Shown piece by piece: positions 1 through 9,984 of a stretch of 64,000 nt of DNA. Numbering within the stretch: position 1 is the first letter of the stretch; every line of letters starts with the position of its first letter. The stretch is taken from assembly GCA_016713525.1 (NCBI GenBank), contig JADJOZ010000007.1, positions 19,969-83,968 of the forward strand, in the 5' to 3' direction. The notes beneath the pieces were generated by a model, which was given only the letters and a program-made list of their open reading frames with translations, made no database searches and had not been told where the DNA came from. The DNA is from Bacteroidota bacterium. GTDB taxonomy: Bacteria; Bacteroidota; Bacteroidia; AKYH767-A; OLB10. The translations under genes were made by a program, and so were the position numbers.

Positions 1-1
1 C

Positions 2-781
2 ACCTTAATTCCATATATCCCTGTAGATGGTATTCAGGATCGGATGTTATTCCTCTTACAGGAGGTGCTCCCACCCTACACGTTTGAAGCTGCCCGAACA
101 ACTATTGAAGATATCCTGAAGCAACCCAGAGGCGGATTACTTTCATTTGGTTTCTTGTTTGCGTTATATGTATCCACAAACGGTATCAATTCCTTAATTG
201 ATAGTTTTAATCAGAGCTACCACGGCATTGAAGTCAGGTCAGCATTTCAGCAACGGATGGTATCTGTGTACCTGACCATGATGCTTGCCATCATTGTGAT
301 ATTATCTATTGCTTTAATCGTCATAGCCGAAATTGCAACCAATTATTTAGAAACTAAAAACCTGCTGAATGCCGGTCCCCGTATTTTATTGCTTCAAACC
401 GGAAAATGGATCATCTTAATTGCCATGGCACTGTGTATGATATATTTCCTTTATTTCTTCGGTCCTTCCAAAAAAAATAAGCGTCCTTTTATCTCAGTTG
501 GCTCAGTTACTGCAACCATTTTATTAATAGCAACCTCTATCGGCTTCAATTACTTTATTGCCAACTTTAGTCAGTATAATAAGCTTTATGGATCAATTGG
601 TACCCTGATCGTAATCCTGATCTGGATCAATTTCAACTCACTTCAACTGATAATTGGATTCGAGTTGAATGCCTCCATTGAAAATGCAAAGCGTTCAAAA
701 TCCGGTAAGAAAAAACTAATTCCCAGTGATCAAACTGGTAAAGATTCACCCGGAGATACTAAAATTTACCGGTCTATATAA
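2..781 (+). CDS. YihY/BrkB family inner-membrane protein; 5' end lies outside the window
   Basis: The frame is open from base 2. Multiple hydrophobic TM segments and a YihY-like motif (LLSFGFLFALYVSTNGIN) are present, and the C-terminal tail is lysine-rich. Confidence 0.65.
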   Translation, partial: TLIPYIPVDGIQDRMLFLLQEVLPPYTFEAARTTIEDILKQPRGGLLSFGFLFALYVSTNGINSLIDSFNQSYHGIEVRSAFQQRMVSVYLTMMLAIIVILSIALIVIAEIATNYLETKNLLNAGPRILLLQTGKWIILIAMALCMIYFLYFFGPSKKNKRPFISVGSVTATILLIATSIGFNYFIANFSQYNKLYGSIGTLIVILIWINFNSLQLIIGFELNASIENAKRSKSGKKKLIPSDQTGKDSPGDTKIYRSI

Positions 782-2664
782 TCGTTTACGCTTCCATCGA
801 CCACCTGAATTGGTTGCCAGTTTCCATTCAAATCAACCCGTTCAATAACGTAGTAGTCAACTCCGGTTTCCCAATCTTTATAGGGTGTCCATTTTAAATG
901 GGTTCTGTTCTCATCATCGATAGCACCGCTAAGAAGAATAGATGATCCCGGATCACCTTCTGTGGTTTCCAGATTACACAGGTTGTTTACTTTTATTTTG
1001 TAGTAATAATTCTGCGACTTAACCTGGGTATTAAAATCGGAATAATTGGTTTCAGATGGAGGAAGTGTGGTGAGCAGAGTCCAGTTTTGCATGTCATATG
1101 AGCGGTAAAGTTCGAAATTGGTAACCAGTTGCGGTGCCAGAACAGGTGGCGCCCATTCTGTAAATACATAACTGTCATCGTTAACTGTAGATCGGATGAT
1201 ATCGACTTTCTGGTTTGCCAGAATTCCTGGAGCATCAATTGCTTCTACATCACTCCAGGCTTCAAATCCTTCATTACACAAGTCTGTAGCTTTAATTCGG
1301 TATGCCGCCAGCATGCCACAATAAACCGTTGAATCGATGAAAGAAAAAGTTTTTTCCCCAACTTCAGCGATCAGATTAAAGCTTCCGGTCTGATGATCCT
1401 GACGGAAAATCTGATATTTGGAAACACTGCAACCATCATAAAGATTCCAATCGAGATGTACTGCATTATCGACGATAGCAGTATTTAAATTGATTGTAGT
1501 ATGTGGTGTATGAAGCGACAATTCGGGTTCAGCCATACACTCATTCATAGCCTGAACAATGTAAGTGTATGTTTCAGAAACCGTATTAAGCATGGTATCA
1601 ACAAAGGTTGAGGTAGCATTGAGGGATGTATTACCGGGGTTGGAGTCAGTGTAAATCAAATCAAATACTGACAATACTCTGTTAAACCGATACACTTTAT
1701 AGGCTTCGAGATTTTGAATAGCAAGATTGCCCCAGGTTAGTTCTACTGAACTTCCATCGATCACACTGGCACTTTTGAGTTCAACAACCGGTGGAGGTGT
1801 TCCAACATTTACCTGTACAATTCCTGATAAGGTTGCAGATGCACTGCAAACACCACCATTCACTGCAGTGAGTGTAACCGAATAAGTGCCCGGGACATGG
1901 TAAACATAAGTTGGTTCACTGTTAGAAGTTGATAACCCATTTCCCAGTGACCAGGTAAATTGTGTGGCACTATCAGTCATGAGCGACTGGTTGTGGAATG
2001 TCACCGGAAGGGGTGGACATCCAATATTATTGCTTACATAAAATGCAGGTTGTGGAGTTGCAGCTGCTACTACCGGAATGGTCGTTACCACACTATCGGT
2101 GCAACCAGTTCCATTCTGTGCAATCAATGTTACATAGTAAGTTCCGGGATTATTATAAACATGGGTTGGAGTTGGAGCCATAGATCCTGTTCCATCACCA
2201 AAATCCCATTGATAAGAAGTACTGTTTACAGAATTATTATTGAAGGTAATTGATAATGGCAAACACCCAGTTGTATCTGACATCACAAACGATCCAACAG
2301 CATTGGGTTGCAGATTAAATGGCACTGGACTGGTATAAAACGATTGACAACCGGTAGTATCCTGAGTCATTAAAGTAACTACATAATTACCTGGTTGATT
2401 GTAACTGTGTACCGGATTTTGTTGAGTTGAAGAAGTGCCATCTCCGAAATTCCATATCCAGTTAAACGCACTGATGGATGAATCCTGGAACTGTACCTGC
2501 CAGGGGCCGCACCCGGTTGGAGTTGCTGCTGTAAATGAAGCAACTGAACCGGTAATATGCACCAAGGCTGGTCTGATAAGTGTATCTGAACATCCTGAGC
2601 CATCAGTCACTGTAAGGGGTAACATCGTAGATACCTGGTTCATTATAAATGTGCACAGGATCAT
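766..2664 (-). CDS. C-terminal part of a giant PKD-repeat surface protein (3 PKD domains plus FN3-like domains). Forms one gene with 2603..6559 after a single frameshift.
   Basis: The WxFGDGxxS...NPxHxY...G.Y.V.L PKD signature repeats. The upstream ORF ends ...PGIYDVTPYSD* inside a PKD domain, and this ORF continues ...LTVTDGSGCSDT in another frame. Confidence 0.75.
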   Translation of the reverse strand: MILCTFIMNQVSTMLPLTVTDGSGCSDTLIRPALVHITGSVASFTAATPTGCGPWQVQFQDSSISAFNWIWNFGDGTSSTQQNPVHSYNQPGNYVVTLMTQDTTGCQSFYTSPVPFNLQPNAVGSFVMSDTTGCLPLSITFNNNSVNSTSYQWDFGDGTGSMAPTPTHVYNNPGTYYVTLIAQNGTGCTDSVVTTIPVVAAATPQPAFYVSNNIGCPPLPVTFHNQSLMTDSATQFTWSLGNGLSTSNSEPTYVYHVPGTYSVTLTAVNGGVCSASATLSGIVQVNVGTPPPVVELKSASVIDGSSVELTWGNLAIQNLEAYKVYRFNRVLSVFDLIYTDSNPGNTSLNATSTFVDTMLNTVSETYTYIVQAMNECMAEPELSLHTPHTTINLNTAIVDNAVHLDWNLYDGCSVSKYQIFRQDHQTGSFNLIAEVGEKTFSFIDSTVYCGMLAAYRIKATDLCNEGFEAWSDVEAIDAPGILANQKVDIIRSTVNDDSYVFTEWAPPVLAPQLVTNFELYRSYDMQNWTLLTTLPPSETNYSDFNTQVKSQNYYYKIKVNNLCNLETTEGDPGSSILLSGAIDDENRTHLKWTPYKDWETGVDYYVIERVDLNGNWQPIQVVDGSVNDYIDR

Positions 2665-5600
2665 TTATGATCGATTGATTTCCATCACCAAAATTCCAGT
2701 TCCATTGAATGGCACCGGATGAATTATCATTAAAATTCACGACTGTAGGGGCACATGATACCACGCTATTTAGTGAAAACTGTGCCTGAGGTCCTGTAAC
2801 CTGAACATGTGCAACAGGATTAATTACCTGAGAACAACCTGATGGAGAAGTTGCAGTTAGCGTAACGGGATAAATACCATTTGCTGAATAGGTATGAGAA
2901 AGAGTGTTACCATTCAGTACAGTACCATCACCAAAATTCCATTGCAGGGAACTTACATTTGAGGATGAATCGGTAACATTAAAAGTAAACGGACTGCACC
3001 CAACCGAATCGGATACAGCAAATGCCAGAAACATGGCATTGATATTAGGCTTTGATACAGTACGCATACATCCGTTCACATCAGTTACCGTTAAAGTTAT
3101 TACGCCTGCAGGTTTATGATTGTATGTATGAACCGGATTTTGAAGAGTTGAAGTAGCACCATCACCAAAATCCCATAACCAGGAAACTGCATCACTGCTG
3201 CTATCGGCAAACACAGCTTGCACCGGTAAGCATTCCGACGACTGCGTATAATTGAAATTTGCCTGTAGGAATGGTACAAAAACAGCATTCTGTACGGTAT
3301 GAACATCACTGCATCCATCAGCATTGCTAATAAGAGTAACATGATGCGTGCCGGGTAATGAATAAGTATGCGATGGATTTTGTTGAGATGAAGCTGTGCC
3401 ATCACCAAAATTCCATTGCCATGAGCTAGCACCAGTAGAATTATTGGTAAAATTCAGAATTGTACTTCCGCAACCATTCGTTGTAGTGGTGAAAGTAAAA
3501 TCTGATACGGGCTTTCTGATATTAACGAGATATGGAACATTCCAAGTGTAAGTACATCCAAGAGAGTCTGTAACTGTTAACGATACCTGATAACTTCCTG
3601 AATCGGCATATACATGAGAAGGATTTGCAAGTGCTGAGGTGGTTCCATCTCCAAAATCCCAGGAGTAATTAGGGAAGTTCAGATAACCGCTTGTGAAATG
3701 AACAGTGTCATTTGCACAGGCTCTGCGAGTGCTGGCATTCACTGATGCTCCAATAGCAGCATAGTAACTGCGTGACATAAAATCGGTACAACCCAATGAA
3801 TCGGTTACCGTTAGTGATACAATATAATTCACTCCGGTAGTTGTGTAATTGTGAACCGGATTCTCTAATGTAGAAGTTATTCCGTCACCAAAATTCCATA
3901 ACCATGAAACCGCGTTTACAGATGTATTCTGAATAGTTAAAGTTGAACCCAGACAATTGTTGGTATAAGAAAGCTGGAAATCGGCGCTTGAACCGGTAAG
4001 ATAAATTGGTGCCGGCTGAACAATCGTATCGGTATTTCCGAAGGCGTCCCAGGTTATCAGACTAACAGTATAAGTACCGGGATCGGTATAAATATGTACT
4101 GGATTCTCGATTGTAGAAGTATCTCCATCACCGAAATCCCATAGCCAGGCCACAGTATTCAGAGCAGGATTTGTAAAATTCATCTGGTAAGGAATACAAC
4201 TGTAAACCGGATCAGGAACATGAAGCGAATCGCCTCCCCCACCTGGTAAAACAGTTCCGGAGCCAATAGTAACACCAGTATAAACATAAGTGAAAGTACA
4301 CTCCGGATTTGAAATTGTAAGCGTAATGTTGTAGGGTCCGGGGACAGTGTACTGATGAACAGGATTCATTAATGTAGAGGTTCCTCCATCACCAAAATCC
4401 CATAACCACATAGTTGCACCCGAACTGTTTGCATTAAATGTTGCATTTATAGGCAAGGTTGTATCAGGAGATGTTGCAGTTGCATTGGCAACCAAAGGAA
4501 GGAAAGTCACAGCATAGTTATGATACTCGGTATATGTACATCCTTGTGCAGTAGTTATTGTAAGCGAAACATTGTACGATCCCGGAGTAGTATACACATG
4601 TACCGGATTTTGTTGTGTTGATGTTGTGCCATCACCAAAATCCCATAGCCAGGATACTGCATTTACAGACTGGTCATTGAAAGTTGCTGTGAATGGCGGA
4701 CATAATGTTTGAGTTACATCAAATCCTGCAGAGCCGCCGTTGATTATATAGGTTGCATAGGGAGAAATACTCTGTGAACAACTGCTTCCGGAAGACTGAG
4801 TCTGAAGAGTAACAATATAAGTTCCCGGATCGGTGTAGGTATATACCGGATTTTGAACAGTGGCAGTTTCGCCATCGCCAAACGACCACAACCATCCGGA
4901 AGTTGCCGGAGAATTGTCGTTTAAATTGATAGTAAAAGGAGCACATGCAGTAACAGGTGCCGCCGGGTTAAAATTGTTTACGCCTGAATTAACCTGAATA
5001 TTATTTGGTAAGGTATAGGTATCGGTGCAACCTGTAACATCGGTGATAGTTAAAACAACTGTATAAGTTCCATTAGAAGCATAAACATGAGACGGAGATT
5101 GTTGCGTTGAGCTATTTCCATCGCCAAAATTCCAGTTGTAAGTATAAACACCCCCACCAGGATGTGCAAAATTAACGGTGTGAGGAGCACAACCGGCAAG
5201 ATCGTCGGCAGTAAAAGTTGCATTTGCTTCCGAAACAATAATAGGCAAGAATGAAGAAGCTTGAGCTGTACAACCAAAATTATTTACGATGTTCAGCGTA
5301 GTATAAAATGTTCCGGGTGTGGTATAAGTATGAACAGGTTGAAATCCGTTTCCTGAAGAACCATCTCCGAAAGTCCATGCATAAGTGTTATTGGAACCGG
5401 TCGATAAATTTACAAATGCTGGAGTTAAAGGCGCACACCCCTGATTATTGTTGATCAGGTAATAGGCAGTGGGTTTAGGATAAGATTGAACATGAACCGT
5501 GTCGGAATTAGTACATCCATTTGCATAAATTACTTCCAATTCCAGAATATAATTTCCGGCATAATTGTAAGCATGATATGGATTATAAAGCTGAGAAGTG

Positions 5601-6559
5601 GTAGTGTCACCAAAATCCCACGACCATGAAGTAATGTTGGGAGTTGTTGTTGAAAAAGAAGCATAGATTGGTGTACACTTTTGAAGCGGACTGGTTGATG
5701 CAATTACTGGAACCGGATTTGATTTCACTTCGATATAATCAACAACGGTTACTGTATCGGTACAGCACAATTGATTGGAGGTAATTAAAGTAACTGAATA
5801 AATGCCTGCATTTGAATAAATGTGAGATGGAGATGGTTGTGTTGAAGTAGTTCCATCACCGAATTGCCATAAATAAGATGATGCAGATGATGCCTGAGCA
5901 GTGAACAGAAAGGGTTGCGATACATTACAGGTGCTGGTAATATTTGCCAGAAAAGAAGCAGCCGGATTACTGAGAATGGTGATTAAAGCATTTTTAGATA
6001 AAGAAGCGTTGCATCCCAGTGAAGTATTGTAAGCAATTAAAGTTACTGTGTAGGTACCGGGAGCTGTATACTGGTGAAAAGGATTAACTGATCCGGAAGT
6101 TATTCCATCACCAAAATCCCATAAACATGAATCATATCCGGAAGATTGGTTGGTAAATTGAATCTGATTACTTTCCAGACAAAATAAAGTTCCGGAAGCA
6201 GTAAATGCAACCTGAGGTTGTTGCTGAACTTGTATAAAGCCTGAATGAACCACTGAATCGGACTGACCCGAACTACTTGTTGCAATTAATTTTACGTTAT
6301 AGCTGCCGGTATTCAGGTAAATATTTGTTGGATTTTGAGCAGTGGAAAAATTTCCATTTCCAAAGTCCCAGAAATATGAAATAGCATTAACAGAAGTATT
6401 GGTAAATTGTACAGAAAGAGGAATACAATCAGATTGCTGGTTTACTGTAAAAGAAGCATCAGGTACCTGTGCAAATGAGGTTGAAGCTTGCAATATGAAT
6501 ACTGCAACCAACAAATAAATCAGGTTTCTAATGCCCTTGAATATCCTTTCAGGATTCAT
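2603..6559 (-). CDS. N-terminal part of the giant PKD-repeat adhesin (signal peptide plus about 16 tandem PKD domains)
   Basis: N-terminal signal peptide MNPERIFKGIRNLIYLLVAVFILQASTSFAQ. There are 16 WxFGDG PKD signatures spaced about 80 aa apart. The run of gggg at 2616-2619 on the + strand causes the apparent frameshift. Confidence 0.8.
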   Translation of the reverse strand: MNPERIFKGIRNLIYLLVAVFILQASTSFAQVPDASFTVNQQSDCIPLSVQFTNTSVNAISYFWDFGNGNFSTAQNPTNIYLNTGSYNVKLIATSSSGQSDSVVHSGFIQVQQQPQVAFTASGTLFCLESNQIQFTNQSSGYDSCLWDFGDGITSGSVNPFHQYTAPGTYTVTLIAYNTSLGCNASLSKNALITILSNPAASFLANITSTCNVSQPFLFTAQASSASSYLWQFGDGTTSTQPSPSHIYSNAGIYSVTLITSNQLCCTDTVTVVDYIEVKSNPVPVIASTSPLQKCTPIYASFSTTTPNITSWSWDFGDTTTSQLYNPYHAYNYAGNYILELEVIYANGCTNSDTVHVQSYPKPTAYYLINNNQGCAPLTPAFVNLSTGSNNTYAWTFGDGSSGNGFQPVHTYTTPGTFYTTLNIVNNFGCTAQASSFLPIIVSEANATFTADDLAGCAPHTVNFAHPGGGVYTYNWNFGDGNSSTQQSPSHVYASNGTYTVVLTITDVTGCTDTYTLPNNIQVNSGVNNFNPAAPVTACAPFTINLNDNSPATSGWLWSFGDGETATVQNPVYTYTDPGTYIVTLQTQSSGSSCSQSISPYATYIINGGSAGFDVTQTLCPPFTATFNDQSVNAVSWLWDFGDGTTSTQQNPVHVYTTPGSYNVSLTITTAQGCTYTEYHNYAVTFLPLVANATATSPDTTLPINATFNANSSGATMWLWDFGDGGTSTLMNPVHQYTVPGPYNITLTISNPECTFTYVYTGVTIGSGTVLPGGGGDSLHVPDPVYSCIPYQMNFTNPALNTVAWLWDFGDGDTSTIENPVHIYTDPGTYTVSLITWDAFGNTDTIVQPAPIYLTGSSADFQLSYTNNCLGSTLTIQNTSVNAVSWLWNFGDGITSTLENPVHNYTTTGVNYIVSLTVTDSLGCTDFMSRSYYAAIGASVNASTRRACANDTVHFTSGYLNFPNYSWDFGDGTTSALANPSHVYADSGSYQVSLTVTDSLGCTYTWNVPYLVNIRKPVSDFTFTTTTNGCGSTILNFTNNSTGASSWQWNFGDGTASSQQNPSHTYSLPGTHHVTLISNADGCSDVHTVQNAVFVPFLQANFNYTQSSECLPVQAVFADSSSDAVSWLWDFGDGATSTLQNPVHTYNHKPAGVITLTVTDVNGCMRTVSKPNINAMFLAFAVSDSVGCSPFTFNVTDSSSNVSSLQWNFGDGTVLNGNTLSHTYSANGIYPVTLTATSPSGCSQVINPVAHVQVTGPQAQFSLNSVVSCAPTVVNFNDNSSGAIQWNWNFGDGNQSIINDPVHIYNEPGIYDVTPYSD

Positions 6560-6853
6560 GGTGATATAGGTTTTTCAGGTTAAGGTTGCGGATCCGGGCA
6601 GCATCCTTGAATTGTGCATTCTTACGACCGACTGTTATAAAAGTTGCTGTTTTTATACGAAAAGGGTATTGACAAAGCCAATTCGTATCAAATTTTAAGC
6701 CTCCCATAAAAATTATAATTTACTGGTTTACAATAGCATAATAATAATTAAGCAAGAATTTATGCTATATATTAACTTTGTAAGAAAATCAACAGATTGA
6801 ATTAGAAATACAGAAAAAGAGCACAATAAAGACCTATTAAGCTGAATTGACCT

Positions 6854-6861
6854 TAGTTTTG
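6854..6861 (+). promoter_or_regulatory. Candidate Bacteroidota -7 promoter element (TAGTTTTG) upstream of the 6866 gene
   Basis: The sequence ttagttttgcaac atg matches the TAnnTTTG consensus a few bases before the start codon. There is also a TTG about 20 bp upstream (gaattgacc). Confidence 0.3.
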
Positions 6862-6865
6862 CAAC

Positions 6866-7645
6866 ATGAAAAGTCAGATGAAATTATATTTTCTTTTAGC
6901 ATTAATTTTAATGTTTACACGGTCGGTATCCGGCAATGAAGAACCTGTCATCAGTCTGAAAAAAGTAATTGAGTTGCGGGCTCAATTTAAATATGAACAG
7001 GCATTGGTGATTGCCTCTACCCTGCTCCGTTCCGATTCGGGCAATGTGCAATATTTGAATCAGGTTGCCTTTTTGATGGCTATTCAATCGTATCCCGGGC
7101 AACCGGAAACAACCAAACAATTGAAGTATGAAAAATCGAAATACCTGGTCGAAAAATCTCTTCAGCGTAACAGACAGGATGCTGATGCCTATTATAATCT
7201 GGCTTTAGCACTTGGAAGAATCAGTGAAAATGCATCGGTCAAGATAAAAATTGCCAATGCAAAAGCCATCAGAGTATCAGCAGAGAAAGCACTTCAAATA
7301 AATCCTAAAATGGCGGGACCGCATCACATCATGGGCAGATGGCACCGGGAGATTGCTGTGTTTAATGCATTTGAGATGGCCATGATCAGTACATTTTTCG
7401 GCAAAGGTTTAGAAGGTGGAACCTATGAAGATGCCTTAAAACACTTTAAAAAAGCCCATGAACTGGAGCCATTAAATCCGACACATTGTTTTGAAATGGC
7501 GAATACCTATTTAGAGCGTGATGAAACGGGAGATGAGAAAAATGCCAAGGTGTGGTTTCAGAAAACAGTCGAAATCACCCCAAGATCAGATGATGAGAAA
7601 CTTGTTCAAAAAAATGCCCTCTTTAATGTGGGTAAATTGAAATAA
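6866..7645 (+). CDS. Secreted TPR-like helical-repeat protein (resembles the regulator-of-microtubule-dynamics, RMD, family)
   Basis: Signal peptide MKSQMKLYFLLALILMFTRSVSG, with helical repeats rich in A, L, K and E. No catalytic motif was recognised. Confidence 0.4.
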   Translation: MKSQMKLYFLLALILMFTRSVSGNEEPVISLKKVIELRAQFKYEQALVIASTLLRSDSGNVQYLNQVAFLMAIQSYPGQPETTKQLKYEKSKYLVEKSLQRNRQDADAYYNLALALGRISENASVKIKIANAKAIRVSAEKALQINPKMAGPHHIMGRWHREIAVFNAFEMAMISTFFGKGLEGGTYEDALKHFKKAHELEPLNPTHCFEMANTYLERDETGDEKNAKVWFQKTVEITPRSDDEKLVQKNALFNVGKLK

Positions 7646-7743
7646 CTCATTATCGCTATCTATATACTTGATATTAAGAAGATTACCGATTATTGGCAAA
7701 CCCCAGGTTTTTTTCATAAGTTTGTATCCTAAACTATACAATC

Positions 7744-8931
7744 ATGAGAATAAATCTAGCACTTTTGATAGGGATAATCATATTTTCTAATCAGACATTT
7801 GCACAATATACCTGGACAGCCAAGAATGATTTCCCCGGTTTGAAGCGATATGCTGGCAGTGCCTTTTCTATCAACAATTTAGGCTATTTTGGTTGTGGTG
7901 CGGATTTTACAGGCAATTTTAGCAATGTATATAAAGATTTCTGGCAATATAATACAGGATCAGATACCTGGATTCAAATTGCTGATATTCCTCTCCAAAG
8001 ATATAGTGCAATTGACTTTAGTTTAGACGGATTTGGGTATGTCGGTACCGGCTGGACAGTTTTGGGATCTGCTGCAACAAGTACATTTTATAAATATAAT
8101 CCAACTTCAAACACATGGACACTAATTGCACCCTTACCAGGATCAAACCGTTATACCGGAGTTGGGCTTTCAAATGGTCTTAAAGGTTATGGAGGTTTTG
8201 GTTATGCTCCTTTGAGGAAAGATTTTTATGAATACAATGCAGTAAATGATATTTGGACTCCTGTAACAACATTTCCCAGTACAGAGCGACAAAGCCTCAA
8301 TGGCTTTACCATTGGTACCGATGTTTATGTCGGCTGTGGATATACAAGCAGTCCAAGAAATGACTTTTGGAAATACGATCCTGTCAATAGTACATGGACA
8401 CAGACAGCAGATTATCCGGTGCAGAATTATGCCAGTGTTGGATTTACCTTAAATAATAAAGGGATTGTTGGATTGGGTAGGAATAATACTGTCCAATTTA
8501 ATTCGTTTTTTGAATATGATCCTACATCTAATAGTTGGACAGCACTACCACCTTTTCCATCAACTGGCAGAGAAGGATCTGATGTTTTTGTGTTAAATGG
8601 CTGTGCTTACATCATTGGGGGAAGAACTGGTTCAAGTAATTATTTGAAGGAGGTGTGGCAATTGTGTTTGACAACCAGTTTGGCAGATAACGAAGAGTTA
8701 CCATTTGAATTAAATTTATATTCTCAGGATCAATTTATCAACATTGCTTTCAATAGCGAGGACGGCTCTAAGTATGAACTTAATATTCATGATGTGACAG
8801 GGAGGAAAATTTTCACAGGTAAATTGCAATCTTCATATAACGAACAAATAAATGTCGCTTCAGGGATTTATGTTTATGCTGTTAACAAAAACAACAAAAT
8901 CGTAAAAACCGGAAAGGTTGCTGTAAATTGA
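7744..8931 (+). CDS. Kelch/galactose-oxidase-like beta-propeller protein with a T9SS C-terminal sorting domain
   Basis: Signal peptide, repeated W/Y-rich blades (DFWQYN, FYKYNP, FYEYN, FWKYDP, FFEYDP), and a C-terminal ...IHDVTGRKIFTGKLQ...GIYVYAVNKNNKIVKTGKVAVN typical of a type-A T9SS CTD. Confidence 0.7.
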   Translation: MRINLALLIGIIIFSNQTFAQYTWTAKNDFPGLKRYAGSAFSINNLGYFGCGADFTGNFSNVYKDFWQYNTGSDTWIQIADIPLQRYSAIDFSLDGFGYVGTGWTVLGSAATSTFYKYNPTSNTWTLIAPLPGSNRYTGVGLSNGLKGYGGFGYAPLRKDFYEYNAVNDIWTPVTTFPSTERQSLNGFTIGTDVYVGCGYTSSPRNDFWKYDPVNSTWTQTADYPVQNYASVGFTLNNKGIVGLGRNNTVQFNSFFEYDPTSNSWTALPPFPSTGREGSDVFVLNGCAYIIGGRTGSSNYLKEVWQLCLTTSLADNEELPFELNLYSQDQFINIAFNSEDGSKYELNIHDVTGRKIFTGKLQSSYNEQINVASGIYVYAVNKNNKIVKTGKVAVN

Positions 8932-9198
8932 AAACTAATGTTCGCCTCAATAATTAAATAAGTGATTATAAGCGCATTACGTAAACTAACTTTGTAATTT
9001 GACCTATTTTCCAGCTGAGTGATAGTTTAGAACATTGAGTTTACACATTTCAGAAAAGAAATCTCTGATTTATTACTTTTTACGGCACATTTCACTGAAG
9101 GTCTCCTCAGTTCAAAGACAAGTAGTGATAAGTTATCAAAATTGCGCTAAATTTGCAATAAGTACTATTCATGAATATTTCAAGAATGGCATAAAACT

Positions 9199-9984
9199 AT
9201 GAATTCTATAAAAACAGTAATACTTTGTGGTGGATTGGGAACCCGATTAAAGGAAGAAACGGAATACAAACCCAAGCCGATGGTAGAAGTCGGAGGTCGT
9301 CCGATCTTGTGGCACATTATGAAAAACTACAGTCATTTTGGTTTCAATAAGTTTGTTTTGTGTTTAGGATATCGCGGTGATGTAATCAAGAATTACTTCA
9401 TGAACTATGAGATAAGGAACAATGATTTCACGCTAACACTCGGTAATGGCAACATGCAGGTGCATAATTCACACAGTGAAAATGGCTGGGAAATAACCTT
9501 TGCGGAAACAGGGCCTTTATCGATGACGGGCTCACGTGTTAAGCAGATTGAGAAATATATTGAAGGTGATGAATTCATGCTTACGTATGGAGATGGTGTA
9601 TGCAATGTAAATATTGAAAAACTGCTAACATATCACCGTTCACATGGAAAAATCGGAACGGTTACCGGGGTACTGCCTCCCTCCCGTTTTGGTGAACTTA
9701 TTACTGATGGAGAACGTGTGCAAAGCTTTAACGAGAAACCTCAGGTACATACAGGAGGTTTTATAAATGGCGGGTTTTTCATTTTCAATAAAAAATTCTT
9801 TGAATATCTGGATACAGAATCGGGATGTATCCTCGAACGCACACCGCTTGAAAAACTTGCATCAGAAGGGCAACTGAACATGTACAGCCATGAGGGATTC
9901 TGGCAATGTATGGATACCTATCGTGATTATGAATATCTCAATAATTTGTGGAATTCCCATAAAGCAGAGTGGAAATGCTGGTAG
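9199..9984 (+). CDS. rfbF: Glucose-1-phosphate cytidylyltransferase
   Basis: Nucleotidyltransferase motif ILCGGLGTRL at the N-terminus. It is 261 aa, typical for RfbF/DdhA, and overlaps the next gene by 16 bp. Confidence 0.85.
   Translation: MNSIKTVILCGGLGTRLKEETEYKPKPMVEVGGRPILWHIMKNYSHFGFNKFVLCLGYRGDVIKNYFMNYEIRNNDFTLTLGNGNMQVHNSHSENGWEITFAETGPLSMTGSRVKQIEKYIEGDEFMLTYGDGVCNVNIEKLLTYHRSHGKIGTVTGVLPPSRFGELITDGERVQSFNEKPQVHTGGFINGGFFIFNKKFFEYLDTESGCILERTPLEKLASEGQLNMYSHEGFWQCMDTYRDYEYLNNLWNSHKAEWKCW

Noticed and set aside
993-6285. Many 60-130 aa ORFs on the + strand or antisense inside the PKD adhesin gene (993..1238, 1129..1332, 1960..2253, 2435..2722, 3100..3432 and others)
   Set aside because: They are embedded in and antisense or out of frame to a long, strongly supported coding region, and they have low-complexity translations. 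They are spurious.
9141-9157. Possible TTG/TAaaTTTG promoter upstream of rfbF
   Set aside because: The -7-like element taaatttg is present, but the only TTG is 8 bp upstream, not the roughly 20 bp expected. This is too weak to report as a feature.
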